A stretch of 64,000 nt of DNA from NCBI GenBank assembly GCA_963720965.1, contig CAVRHD010000001.1, positions 19,703-83,702 of the forward strand, in the 5' to 3' direction. Each line of letters opens with the position of its first letter. Position 1 is the first letter of the stretch. Position numbers and translations under genes: made by a program. Shown one piece after another: positions 10,705-19,920 of the stretch. Below the pieces are notes generated by a model. The model saw only the letters and a list, made by a program, of their open reading frames with translations. It was not told the origin of the DNA and made no database searches. The DNA is from an uncultured Chloroflexia bacterium. GTDB lineage: Bacteria; Chloroflexota; Limnocylindria; Limnocylindrales; CSP1-4.

Positions 10705-10773
10705 CGCCCCGGACCTGGCGCGACGCCCGCCAGCCATCAGCGTTTCGTAAGCCGCCGGGCCCAGGGTGCAGCC

Positions 10774-12886
10774 ATGAAGCACCTCCGCCTGCCCGCTGTC
10801 GTCTTCCTGGCCCTGATCGTGGTTGCCGGCTGCGCGCCGGCGAGCCAGGTGGGAGCGTCGCCGGCTCACAGCGCCGCGCCCACGGGTAGCAGCCGGGATG
10901 CGACCGGCCACATCGTCCCTGGGGGCGCTGTCGGCACGGTCGATGCGGGCGACTGGGCGACCGTCGACAGACTGGCCGCGCCGGACTACACCGCCGACAC
11001 GACGGCGGCGCTCGTCGCCGGACTCGCTCGTTCCGGCATCGGGACGTACGCCGATCCTGAGAGTCCAGCGCCCGAGGCGAGCATCAGCGGGGCGGCGAGT
11101 CCGTTCCGGCTGCTCGACTTCCAGGCCCATGCGCTGGCGGTTGGCGCCTGGGCGGGCTCGACCTGGTCTGGCGCGGAGCTCGACGGGGTGCTGCCGATCG
11201 CGCCGGGCATGACGGACGCCGCCCCGGCGTCCGTCCTGCTGGCGAGCTATGTCGCTGCCGTGGACTCGCCTGGGGCGAGCCTCTCGCGGGCCCTGATGGC
11301 CGGCCAGGACCTGCTCCAACCGTCGACGTTGCGCTTTCCCGGCGTCGTCCTTGTCCTGTTCGTGTCGGACCTCGCGACCAACGGTGGCCACGCTGCCGGT
11401 CCCAGCCCAGGCGCCAGTCCGGCTCCAAGCCCGATTCCGAGCCAGGCCGAGATCGGCCGATCGGCCCAGCTCGCGATGGCCGGCGGCAACTCCGGGGCGA
11501 GCCAAGCCGATCCTGCCCGCGATCGAGCTAGGCAGCGTCTGCTCGGCCACCACCAGCTGGCTCAAGGGGATGATCAACCGGGTCTTCAATGCCCTCAAGC
11601 TGGCGGAGCCGGACCAACTTCTTCGGGGCGATCTTCATCACGGTCTGGAACTACGCGGTCGACCGCCTCCAGTCGCTTGTGCAGGGCGTGATCACGACCG
11701 TCACCGACGCCGTGCTTGGCTCGATCCGGAGCGTTGCCGCGGCGATCTCGGTGGCCGCCGAGCAGGTTGCCTCGATCCTGCCGTACGCCGTCCGGGTCGT
11801 GGCCACGGAGGGACGGCCGGATCCGCGTTCCTGCTCGATGCCGACCCGCATCAGGGCATGTTCACGGCAACGGTCACAGCGGGCGACCTGCCAGCCTGGC
11901 CGGCCGTCCTCCAGGACTGCGCGCGCGTCGCGCGGATCGCGCTGCCCGACTTCACTGCCCACAACGTGCCCCTGACATGGGGGACCATCCAGGCGCCCGG
12001 CGACCCGCTCCTGTCGCCGCTCAGCTCTGCGACGACCGCGGTCACGGACGGAGCCGGCCAGGCCACCTGGGGCTTCATGACCAGTGTCGATCCGGGCGAG
12101 CCGACTGGCCAGCGGATGACCCAGTTGGACAGCTTGCCCGTCGCGATCCATCGGCCGGAGCTCGACCACCTGCGGGATCAGCTCACAGCCGCCCTGCTGG
12201 GGCCCATCCCGGCGATCCTTCGACCGTTCCTCGCCGGCCTGATCGCCCCGGCCTTTGACGGCCTGCAGGCCCGCCTGAATACGCTGCTCGACGCGCGTGG
12301 CACCGGCTGGGCGGCGCTCATCTACCACGGCAAGGCGTCACCGCCGCCGAGCCCGGCACCATCGGGTGTGTGCAGCCCGAACCCGGTGGCGGCCGGAACA
12401 TACGACGGGACGAACACGAGCGTGTCCCGGGAGTCGATCGACATCGGCGACGGCAACGTCGTCGGCAATGTGCTGGCGACGTCCGAGGGAACCGGCCCGG
12501 CGACGATCGTCGTCGCCGGCGATGGCTCGGTCAGCGGCAGCTGGTCGTCCCGGACGCACCTGCTCTTCCACGAGAAGGTCGAGAGCTACGGTGTCGTCGT
12601 CGATGACGTCCGCGACGAGGTCTCCGACTCGACCGGCACGTCGATCTGCGGGACCGCCTGCGACCTCCAGGTCGGGGTCGGCGGAGTTTCCATCGTTTCC
12701 TGCACCGACAGCCTCAAGGGCGACTGTGCCGGCGACCCACAGGCTCCGAGGAGCGGCCAGCTGGTTGACCTGGGGGCCCCGACTGCGGTGACTGCCAGTA
12801 GCGTCACCTGGACCTGGAGCTACACGGAGACCGGCGGCCAACCTTCGATCACGGCAACCTTGACGCTGTCGGTGAGTCGCCACTGA
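10774..12886 (+). CDS. Large lipoprotein of unknown function, paralog B (frameshifts near 11500-11600 and 11815)
   Basis: Lipobox VAGC; blocks shared with 1204-3315: ASPFRLLDFQAHALAVGAWAG, SLSRALMAGQDLL, AEQVAS.LPYAV, AGDLP.WPAVL.DCA. Confidence 0.8.
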
Positions 12887-12996
12887 GGCGCGTGGGCCAT
12901 CCGGCGGTGGCCACCACTAGCGCGTCGGCTAACGAGTGCCGGCACGTCGGGATCACCGCCGGCGCGTCGCACCATGGGACAGGCCGGCGATGGGCA

Positions 12997-13134
12997 TGCT
13001 AGGCTTCGGTCCTCGTACCTCGATGGGCGCTCCGGTCGGCGCCCCGGTTCTTTTGCCGTGAGATCAGCGAACCATCAACCAGTGCCCTGACCGGGCCCCG
13101 CAGATGCGGGAGGGCCCTCAGGAGCAACACGACC
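12997..13134 (+). promoter_or_regulatory. Candidate promoter and structured 5' leader of the DEAD-box helicase gene
   Basis: tgcTAGGCT extended -10; GC hairpin gggcgc..gcgccc followed by ttctttt; second hairpin 13086-13122 overlapping the AGGAG SD. Confidence 0.4.
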
Positions 13135-14808
13135 GTGTCCTTCGATCATCTTGGGCTTGCGCCCGAGCTTGTCCGCGTCGTCGCGGACCAGGGCTACACC
13201 GAGCCCACCCCCGTCCAGGCCGAGGCCATCCCGCTCGTGCTGGCCGGCCGCGACGTCCTTGCCGGCGCCCAGACCGGGACCGGCAAGACGGCCGCCTTCG
13301 TCCTGCCGATCCTGCAGCTGCTCAACGCAGACCGCCCGGCCACGCCCGCCACGCCGGCCTCCCAGCCACGCTCGGCCCAGGGGCTGCCGACGTACATCCC
13401 AACCAGCCGGGATCGGCGCAATGCCACGCCGGTCCGAATCCGGACGCTGGTCCTTGCCCCGACCCGGGAGCTGGCCCTCCAGGTCGAGGAGAGCGTCCGG
13501 ACGTACGGCGCCCGCCGTCCGATCCGCTCGACGACGATCTACGGCGGCGTCGGCTTCGACCCGCAGGTCCGCGCCCTGCGCTCCGGGCCCGAGATCGTGG
13601 TGGCGACCCCGGGACGGCTGCTCGACCACCTCGGCCAGGGCACGATCGATCTCGGCCACGTCGAGATCCTCGTCCTCGACGAGGCCGACCGGCTCCTCGA
13701 CATGGGCTTCATCCGGGATATCCGCAAGATCATCGGCGCGCTCCCCCGCGAGCGCCAGACCCTGCTGTTCTCGGCCACCTTCTCCGACGACGTCCGACGA
13801 CTGGCCGCCGACATCCTGCGCGATCCGGCCATGGTCCAGGTCGCCCGCCGAAATACCGCCGCGGAGCTCGTCCGCCAGCTCGTCCTGCCGGTCGATCGCG
13901 AGCGCAAGCGTGAGCTCCTGGCCCACCTCGTGAAGTCGGGCCGAATCGACCAGGCCCTCGTCTTCGCCCGGACCAAGCACGGTGCCAACCGGCTGGCCGA
14001 GCAGCTCGAGCGGGACGGCATCATCGCCACCGCCATCCACGGCAACAAGAGCCAGCCCCAGCGGATCCGGGCGCTCAACGACTTCAAGTCCGGCCGGGTC
14101 GCGATCCTCGTAGCCACCGACCTGGCCGCGCGCGGGATCGACATCGACGCCCTGCCCCACGTCGTCAACTTCGAGCTGCCGATGGTCGCCGAGGACTACG
14201 TCCATCGGATCGGCCGGACCGGCCGGGCCGGAGTGGAAGGGGACGCGATCTCGCTCGTGTGCGTCGACGAGAACAAGATGCTGCGCGACATCGAGCAGGT
14301 CCTTGGCCACCGGATTCCGACCGAGACCATCCCCGGCTTCGAGCCCGACCGGACGATCCGGCCCGAACCGATCCGGCTGCGCAGCCAGGGGATCCAGCCG
14401 GGCGGCCGGCCCGGGCGGGGTTTCGCCCCGGCCCGGCGCAGCACACCCCTGCCGGCGAACCGACCGCTCCATCCCGGCCAGGCGGCCCAGTCGGGCGGCG
14501 GCCGGCCGCACGACGGCCAGGCCCATCGGCCGAGCCGCGACGGCATGACCCGGCCGAACGGCGCCCCGGCCGGCCGCCCGGCTGGATCGCCGATGGCGCG
14601 ACCCCAGCTGCCCGCTCGCGGAGCTCGGCCGCAGGGTGGACGGCCCCAGGCTGGTCGGCCGCAGCCAGGCCGGCCCCAGGGCGCACCGCTCGGTCAACAC
14701 CACCCGTCCCACGGCCACTCGCCGAACGGCAATCGTGGCAACGGCCAGATCAATGCCCTGCCCGGTGAGACGTTCCGGCGGAACGCCGCTCCAGGCCGCT
14801 CGTCGTAG
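13135..14808 (+). CDS. DEAD-box RNA helicase (RhlE-like) with long disordered C-terminus
   Basis: Q motif, [43 protein letters not shown]. Confidence 0.95.
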   Translation: MSFDHLGLAPELVRVVADQGYTEPTPVQAEAIPLVLAGRDVLAGAQTGTGKTAAFVLPILQLLNADRPATPATPASQPRSAQGLPTYIPTSRDRRNATPVRIRTLVLAPTRELALQVEESVRTYGARRPIRSTTIYGGVGFDPQVRALRSGPEIVVATPGRLLDHLGQGTIDLGHVEILVLDEADRLLDMGFIRDIRKIIGALPRERQTLLFSATFSDDVRRLAADILRDPAMVQVARRNTAAELVRQLVLPVDRERKRELLAHLVKSGRIDQALVFARTKHGANRLAEQLERDGIIATAIHGNKSQPQRIRALNDFKSGRVAILVATDLAARGIDIDALPHVVNFELPMVAEDYVHRIGRTGRAGVEGDAISLVCVDENKMLRDIEQVLGHRIPTETIPGFEPDRTIRPEPIRLRSQGIQPGGRPGRGFAPARRSTPLPANRPLHPGQAAQSGGGRPHDGQAHRPSRDGMTRPNGAPAGRPAGSPMARPQLPARGARPQGGRPQAGRPQPGRPQGAPLGQHHPSHGHSPNGNRGNGQINALPGETFRRNAAPGRSS

Positions 14809-14866
14809 CAACGGACCCATTGGCGCCACGGGCGGGACGATCGAGCGCGATACCTCCCTCTCGCCA

Positions 14867-14884
14867 CCACAATCGCTCCACATC
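14867..14884. promoter_or_regulatory. CCACA-N6-CCACA direct repeat, candidate OmpR/BaeR-type response regulator site
   Basis: ccacaat at 14867 and ccacatc at 14878 (11-bp period), upstream of the gene preceding the two-component system. Confidence 0.45.
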
Positions 14885-14958
14885 TGAGCTCGAGGATGGA
14901 CGCAACGGCCGGCGAGCCACGAGGCTCGCGGCAGCGTTCTGACCTGGGAGGTCACTCG

Positions 14959-15423
14959 ATGCGGTTCTTCGTGAGGGTCCTGGCGGTCCTCGGCATCCTC
15001 GCCCTCATCGGGCTCGTCACCGGACTGGCCTACACGGCCGGCCTCAACGCCGCCGGCGTCGCCGTCCACCCGGCCGTGTACGGCTTCGGCCTGGGCTTCT
15101 TCGGCTTCGGCCTGTTCCAGTTCTTCGGCTTCCTGCTCTTCATGTTCGTCCTGTTCTCGCTGCTCCGGCTCGCCTTCGGTGGTCGGCGCGGCTGGGCCGG
15201 GCGAGGAGGTTGGGGGCCGTACGGCCCCGGTCGCGGCTACGGTCCGGGCGGCTACGGCTCCGGCTATCCGGCCGGGACCGGTGGACCGGACCAGGCCAGC
15301 GGAGATCCGCGCGAGGCTTGGATCCGCGGGCGCCTCGAGGAGTGGCATCGCACGGCTCACGCCGCCGGGACCACGCCCAACGCCAGCCCGCCGGCCGGCC
15401 CGGACGCCAACCCGCCGGCCTGA
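14959..15423 (+). CDS. Membrane protein with Gly-rich tail
   Basis: GGAGG SD; two hydrophobic segments; GGWGPYGPG repeats; LEEWHR..H C-terminal motif. Confidence 0.75.
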   Translation: MRFFVRVLAVLGILALIGLVTGLAYTAGLNAAGVAVHPAVYGFGLGFFGFGLFQFFGFLLFMFVLFSLLRLAFGGRRGWAGRGGWGPYGPGRGYGPGGYGSGYPAGTGGPDQASGDPREAWIRGRLEEWHRTAHAAGTTPNASPPAGPDANPPA

Positions 15424-15432
15424 CCAGCGGTT

Positions 15433-15463
15433 CGATGAGGCTTCCCTGGCGGAGGCCTCATCG
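15433..15463 (+). terminator. Stem-loop after the membrane protein gene
   Basis: cgatgaggcttcc / ggaggcctcatcg inverted repeat; no U-tract. Confidence 0.5.
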
Positions 15464-15477
15464 TACGATGCGATTCG

Positions 15478-16167
15478 ATGAAGACCATCCTCGTCGTCGA
15501 TGACGAAGCCCGCATCGTCGACCTCGCCCGCGACTACCTCGAGCACGCCGGGTTCGGGGTGCTGACCGCGGCCGACGGCCGATCCGGGCTGGCCCTGGCC
15601 AGGACGAGGACGCCCGACCTGATCGTGCTGGACCTGGGCATCCCGGAGCCCGACGGGCTCGATGTGATCCGCTCCATCCGCCGCGAATCGAACCTGCCGA
15701 TCATCGTCCTGACCGCTCGCGATGACGAGCTCGACAAGCTGCTTGGCCTGGAGCTTGGCGCGGATGACTACATCACCAAGCCGTTCAGCCCGCGCGAGCT
15801 GGTCGCCCGGGTCAGGGCCGTCCTGCGCCGGCTCGAGCCGGGCGACGCGCCAGGCGACCTGATCCATGCAGGCGAGGTGACCCTCGACGTGCCCCGGATG
15901 CGGGTGGACGTCGGAGGCCGTGCCGTCGACCTCACGCCGACCGAGTTCGAGCTGCTGGCCACGATGGCCCGGCGACCCGGCCGGATCTTCACCCGCAACC
16001 AGCTCCTGGACGCGCTTCGGGGTGTCGCCTTCGAGTCCTACGAGCGCTCGATCGACAGCCACGTCAAGAACCTTCGGCGCAAGCTCGAACCGGATCCGCG
16101 GGCCCCCCGCTACATCCTCACGGTGTACGGCGTGGGCTATCGATTTGCCGACGAACGAACCTCGTGA
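15478..16167 (+). CDS. OmpR-family response regulator
   Basis: ILVVDDE, DLIVLD, GADDYITKPF, wHTH with LTPTEF and ILTVYGVGYRF. Confidence 0.95.
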   Translation: MKTILVVDDEARIVDLARDYLEHAGFGVLTAADGRSGLALARTRTPDLIVLDLGIPEPDGLDVIRSIRRESNLPIIVLTARDDELDKLLGLELGADDYITKPFSPRELVARVRAVLRRLEPGDAPGDLIHAGEVTLDVPRMRVDVGGRAVDLTPTEFELLATMARRPGRIFTRNQLLDALRGVAFESYERSIDSHVKNLRRKLEPDPRAPRYILTVYGVGYRFADERTS

Positions 16168-17438
16168 ACAGCTCGCCGGATGACCCCGGCACCGGCCAGC
16201 CACCGAGCCACCGAGCCCGGCGGCACGGACGACGAGCCGATGGCGGCCGGGGCTGGTGGGGTCCGGATGCAGGTTGGGGACCTGCCGGCGCGTGGGGCCG
16301 CGACGCCGATTGGGGTCCGCCCGAGCAATCAGCGACCGACAGCGGACCCCCGTGGACCCGCCCGGGCTGGGTTCCGCCGCCGCGCCGCTGGTTCCTGCGG
16401 CGCTTCGCCGGCCTGGTCATCGGCATCCTGCTGTTCGTGGTCGTCCTCGCGGCGATCGCCGGCTTCGTCTTCGCCTCGATCTTCGGGCTGCTGGGCCCTG
16501 ATCGCCCGGACCAGCCCGGCTGGGTGGTCCTGGCCCGCATCGCCGGGGTCATCGCTGTAGTCGCGGGAATTGCCGCGGTCCTGGGTCGGGTCCGATCCGT
16601 CGTGAGCCCGATCGACGAGCTCGTCGAAGCGACCCGTCGCGTCGGCGCGGGCGATTACTCGGTCCGGGTCGGCCGGCCGCGCCGCGCGCCCCGCGAGCTG
16701 CGCGAGCTGGCGGCGGGCTTCAACACGATGACCGAGCGACTCGAGGTTGACGAGCGCCAGCGGCGCTCGCTGCTGGCCGATGTCAGCCACGAGCTGCGCA
16801 ACCCGCTGGCCGTCGTGCGGGGCGACCTGGAGGCGATCGTCGACGGGGTCCACCCCGCCGATGCCGAGCACCTGGGCGCCATCCTCGACGAGACGCTCGT
16901 CCTCGGCCGGCTGGTCGAGGACCTGCGCACCGTGGCCATGTCCGAGGCCGGAACGCTGCCGCTCCACCGGGAGCCCACCGATCTCGGCCTGTTGATCCAG
17001 GACGGGGCGCGCTCGTTCGCGACCCTGGCCGGGGCCGCCGGGATCTCGATCGTCGCCGACCTCGGCCCCGACCGTGGCTTGCCACCGCTCGACATCGATC
17101 CGGTCAGGATCCGGGAGGTCCTCGACAACCTGATCGCCAACGCCCTGCGCTACACGCCCGCCGGCGGGACCGTGACCCTGACCGCGCTCCGACCGTCCGG
17201 TCGAGACGTCGTCCAGGTCTCGGTCAGCGACACCGGCGCGGGGATCGCTCCGGACGTCGCCGAGCACCTCTTCGATCAATTCGTCAAGAGCACCGACTCG
17301 CGCGGATCCGGGCTCGGCCTGGCCATCGCCAGGCACATCGTGGAGGCCCACGGCGGGCGGATCGAGGCGCACAGCCAGCCGGGCGGCGGCAGCACGATCC
17401 GGTTCAGCCTGCCGATTGGCGAGCCTGATCCGGCCTGA
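16164..17438 (+). CDS. HAMP-domain sensor histidine kinase (BaeS-like)
   Basis: Two TM helices, HAMP, H-box DVSHELRNPL, N-box NLIANALRY, DTGAGI, GSGLGLAI. Confidence 0.95.
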   Translation: MNSSPDDPGTGQPPSHRARRHGRRADGGRGWWGPDAGWGPAGAWGRDADWGPPEQSATDSGPPWTRPGWVPPPRRWFLRRFAGLVIGILLFVVVLAAIAGFVFASIFGLLGPDRPDQPGWVVLARIAGVIAVVAGIAAVLGRVRSVVSPIDELVEATRRVGAGDYSVRVGRPRRAPRELRELAAGFNTMTERLEVDERQRRSLLADVSHELRNPLAVVRGDLEAIVDGVHPADAEHLGAILDETLVLGRLVEDLRTVAMSEAGTLPLHREPTDLGLLIQDGARSFATLAGAAGISIVADLGPDRGLPPLDIDPVRIREVLDNLIANALRYTPAGGTVTLTALRPSGRDVVQVSVSDTGAGIAPDVAEHLFDQFVKSTDSRGSGLGLAIARHIVEAHGGRIEAHSQPGGGSTIRFSLPIGEPDPA

Positions 17439-17526
17439 GCTCGAGCCGAAGCCGGTGCGGCCAGGCGACGGGCCGGCGGGGCCGGTGCCGGAGCGCACCG
17501 ATCGAGCGTGGCCCGATCGACTCACT

Positions 17527-17540
17527 AGTACTTTCGTACT
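17527..17540. promoter_or_regulatory. AT-rich palindrome AGTAC-N4-GTACT, candidate operator
   Basis: Perfect 5-bp inverted repeat in an AT-rich intergenic patch upstream of 17647. Confidence 0.35.
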
Positions 17541-17646
17541 GTTGGGCGCCACGACCAAAGATGGTGTACTGCCGAGCACGGCGACGAGCATCAATCGCGG
17601 CCAGTGCCAGGCGCGGATGGCTTGCAGCCCCTACCGGAGAGCAGCG

Positions 17647-19215
17647 TTGACGCCCCCTGGTGTGACGATCGTACGCCGAGCCGACTCGCGCGTCCCCGTC
17701 CAGCCGGGATCGACCGGACGCCAGGCCCTCCATCGCCTCCTCGCCGCAGATCCGCGGCTCGAGCCACTCTTTCCGACCGTCCTGCTCGACCTCCAGGTTT
17801 CGACCGGCGAACGGATCGACATCGGCTGGCTGCTGGCGGCCTGGCTGGGACGGGCGGCCGCGGCCGGCCGGACGGGCCACGGGCCGGATAGCTATCCCTG
17901 GCCCCTGGCCCTGAACCCGGCGGCTGCTCGGCCCGAGTACATCGGGCCCGAGGACACCTGGCGAGCCTGGCGGCTGGCCGACGAGCCCGCCCGGTCGGCC
18001 GACCCCGGGCGGTTCTTCGCCCGTCTGATCGAGCCGCTGGTGATCACCGAATCGGGCGAGTTCCTTGAGTCGCTCATCGCGGTCGAGGGTCCGGCCACCG
18101 AGCTGGCCGAGGAGCTCCTGGCGCGAGCCCTGCCGGCCACCCGCCGGGCGCTGGCCGCCCATGCGGCCCATCGCCACGCGTGGGCGGACACGTTTGCCCT
18201 GTGGGCCCTCACCCGCCGCCCGCGCCTGCTCCGCAGGGTCCATCCGTTCGCGCTTGCGATTGCCGACGGCTACGCCGCCAGCGCCCTCCTCGACGAGGGC
18301 ATCGGGCGCGGATCCGAGGCTCCCTTCGAGGACCGGGCCCTGGCCTCGGTCAGCGCCCAGCTGGCCGGCGGGCTGATTGCCCTCGGCCTGCGACCGAAGC
18401 TGGCCGCCTCGCTCATCGGATTCGTCAAGCGGGCCGAGGACGCCCTTGGCGGCTGGGGCGACGGAGGTGGTCCGGTCGACGTGCTGACCACGCTGGTGTC
18501 GGCCGAGCTCCTCAGCCAGACCGATCCCGAGTTCGACCCGGGCCGGACTGCCCTGGCCCTGACCCGGCTGCAGGATCCTGATGGCTGGTGGCGGGCGGGC
18601 GGGCCGGATACGGCCTGGACGACCCGGGCCGTGGCCGAGCTCCTGACCAGCATCGAGACTCCCTTCGCGGCGCGCTGGCGCTGGCCGCAGCTCGCGATCG
18701 AGCATCGCGATCGCCGGACAGGCCTTGCCTGGGGCACCTGGCTGGCCGACCTGGGCCGGTTGATGAGCGAGGTCGCCGGATTGTCGCGCGCGCCGATCGA
18801 GATCGCATTCATCGACCTGGCCGGTTTCGGTGCCTGGAACACGCGCTTCGGCCAGGCCCTCGGCGACCGCGTACTGCGCTCATTTGCCCAGGTCCTGGCG
18901 GCGATTCCCGGCACGGTCGCCACCCGCGAAGGAGGCGACGAGTTCGTCGTGCTCGGCGCGCCCACCGCGGATGGGCTGGAGCGCCTGATCGAGGCTGCCT
19001 GCCTTACCTGGCAGTCGCGCTTCCGGGCCGAATACGGCAACGAGCTCGCCCCCGTCCGGCCCCGGATCCTGGTCACCGAAACGCGCGGGGCCGGCCTGCT
19101 CGCGGCACGGGACGCGCTGGGTTTCGCCATCGGGACGCTCAAGACCCGCTGGCCGGACCCACCCGCGCCGGGGATCGTGGAGCGGGTGGCCCTGAAACCG
19201 ACCCGCCCGGGCTAG
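17647..19215 (+). CDS. Helical prenyltransferase/terpene-cyclase-like repeat protein fused to a divergent GGDEF domain
   Basis: TTG start 7 nt after GGAG; QW-like motifs AEDALGGWG and LQDPDGWW; C-terminal DRRTGL, AFIDLAGF..WN..FGQ.LGD..L, REGGDEF. Confidence 0.75.
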   Translation: MTPPGVTIVRRADSRVPVQPGSTGRQALHRLLAADPRLEPLFPTVLLDLQVSTGERIDIGWLLAAWLGRAAAAGRTGHGPDSYPWPLALNPAAARPEYIGPEDTWRAWRLADEPARSADPGRFFARLIEPLVITESGEFLESLIAVEGPATELAEELLARALPATRRALAAHAAHRHAWADTFALWALTRRPRLLRRVHPFALAIADGYAASALLDEGIGRGSEAPFEDRALASVSAQLAGGLIALGLRPKLAASLIGFVKRAEDALGGWGDGGGPVDVLTTLVSAELLSQTDPEFDPGRTALALTRLQDPDGWWRAGGPDTAWTTRAVAELLTSIETPFAARWRWPQLAIEHRDRRTGLAWGTWLADLGRLMSEVAGLSRAPIEIAFIDLAGFGAWNTRFGQALGDRVLRSFAQVLAAIPGTVATREGGDEFVVLGAPTADGLERLIEAACLTWQSRFRAEYGNELAPVRPRILVTETRGAGLLAARDALGFAIGTLKTRWPDPPAPGIVERVALKPTRPG

Positions 19216-19257
19216 GCCGGGCCGCGCGGGCGGCCCGTCGGCTACGCTGTCGCGACC

Positions 19258-19833
19258 ATGTTCAACCCACGTGGCTCGATCACCGTCATCACCGGTCCGA
19301 TGTTCAGCGGCAAGACCGCCGAGCTGATCCGGCTGTGCGAACGAGCCAGGATCGCACGCCGGAAGGTCGTCCTGATCCGGCCCGCGCTCGACGACCGGAC
19401 CGAGCCGGAGACCGTGCGCAGTCGCTTCGGGGTCGCCTTCCCGGCCCGGCCCGTGGCCGACTCGACGATGATCGAAGCCGTCGTGACCGAGACCCGGGCC
19501 GATGTGGTGGCGATCGAGGAGGCCCAGTTCTTCGACGACGGCCTGGTCGACGTGTCCGAGCGGCTGGCCGACCGGGATCGCTCGGTGATCATCGACGGCC
19601 TGAACCGCGACTTCCTGGGGCGGCCCTTCGGACCCGTCCCCGACCTGATGGCGATCGCCGACGAGATCCTCATGCTCAGCGCGATCTGCATCGTGTGCGG
19701 CGAGGCCGCATCCCGGACCCAGCGAATCGTCGACGGCCGTCCCGCCACGCCCGCCGACCCGCTCGTCGTGATCGGCGGGATGGGCGACGAACGCTACGAG
19801 GCGCGCTGCCGCAAGCACCACGAGATCGGCTAG
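19258..19833 (+). CDS. tdk: Thymidine kinase
   Basis: GPMFSGKTAELIR, EEAQFF, GLNRDFLGRPFG, Zn motif CIVCG, YEARCRKHH. Confidence 0.95.
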   Translation: MFNPRGSITVITGPMFSGKTAELIRLCERARIARRKVVLIRPALDDRTEPETVRSRFGVAFPARPVADSTMIEAVVTETRADVVAIEEAQFFDDGLVDVSERLADRDRSVIIDGLNRDFLGRPFGPVPDLMAIADEILMLSAICIVCGEAASRTQRIVDGRPATPADPLVVIGGMGDERYEARCRKHHEIG

Positions 19834-19920
19834 GCAGAACCGGCTCCGGAACGATCGGCGTGGCCCGATGGGACCCCCGGCCCATGGCCCGGGCGGTGCC
19901 CGGCGGCAACACTTTCGGCG

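Noticed and set aside
13075-16203. Long antisense ORFs (e.g. 1042 aa here, also 18880-21522 and 31673-33859)
   Set aside because: They are shadows of well-supported genes on the opposite strand, typical of high-GC codon bias, and carry no motifs.
17561-17650. 29-codon leader ORF overlapping the TTG start of the GGDEF fusion
   Set aside because: No SD and no telling amino-acid bias; short open frames are expected by chance at this GC content.
19834-19920. SAM- or c-di-GMP-type riboswitch before the diguanylate cyclase
   Set aside because: Only a fragment (tggcccgatg) resembles SAM-I; other conserved elements are missing and the gene looks leaderless.
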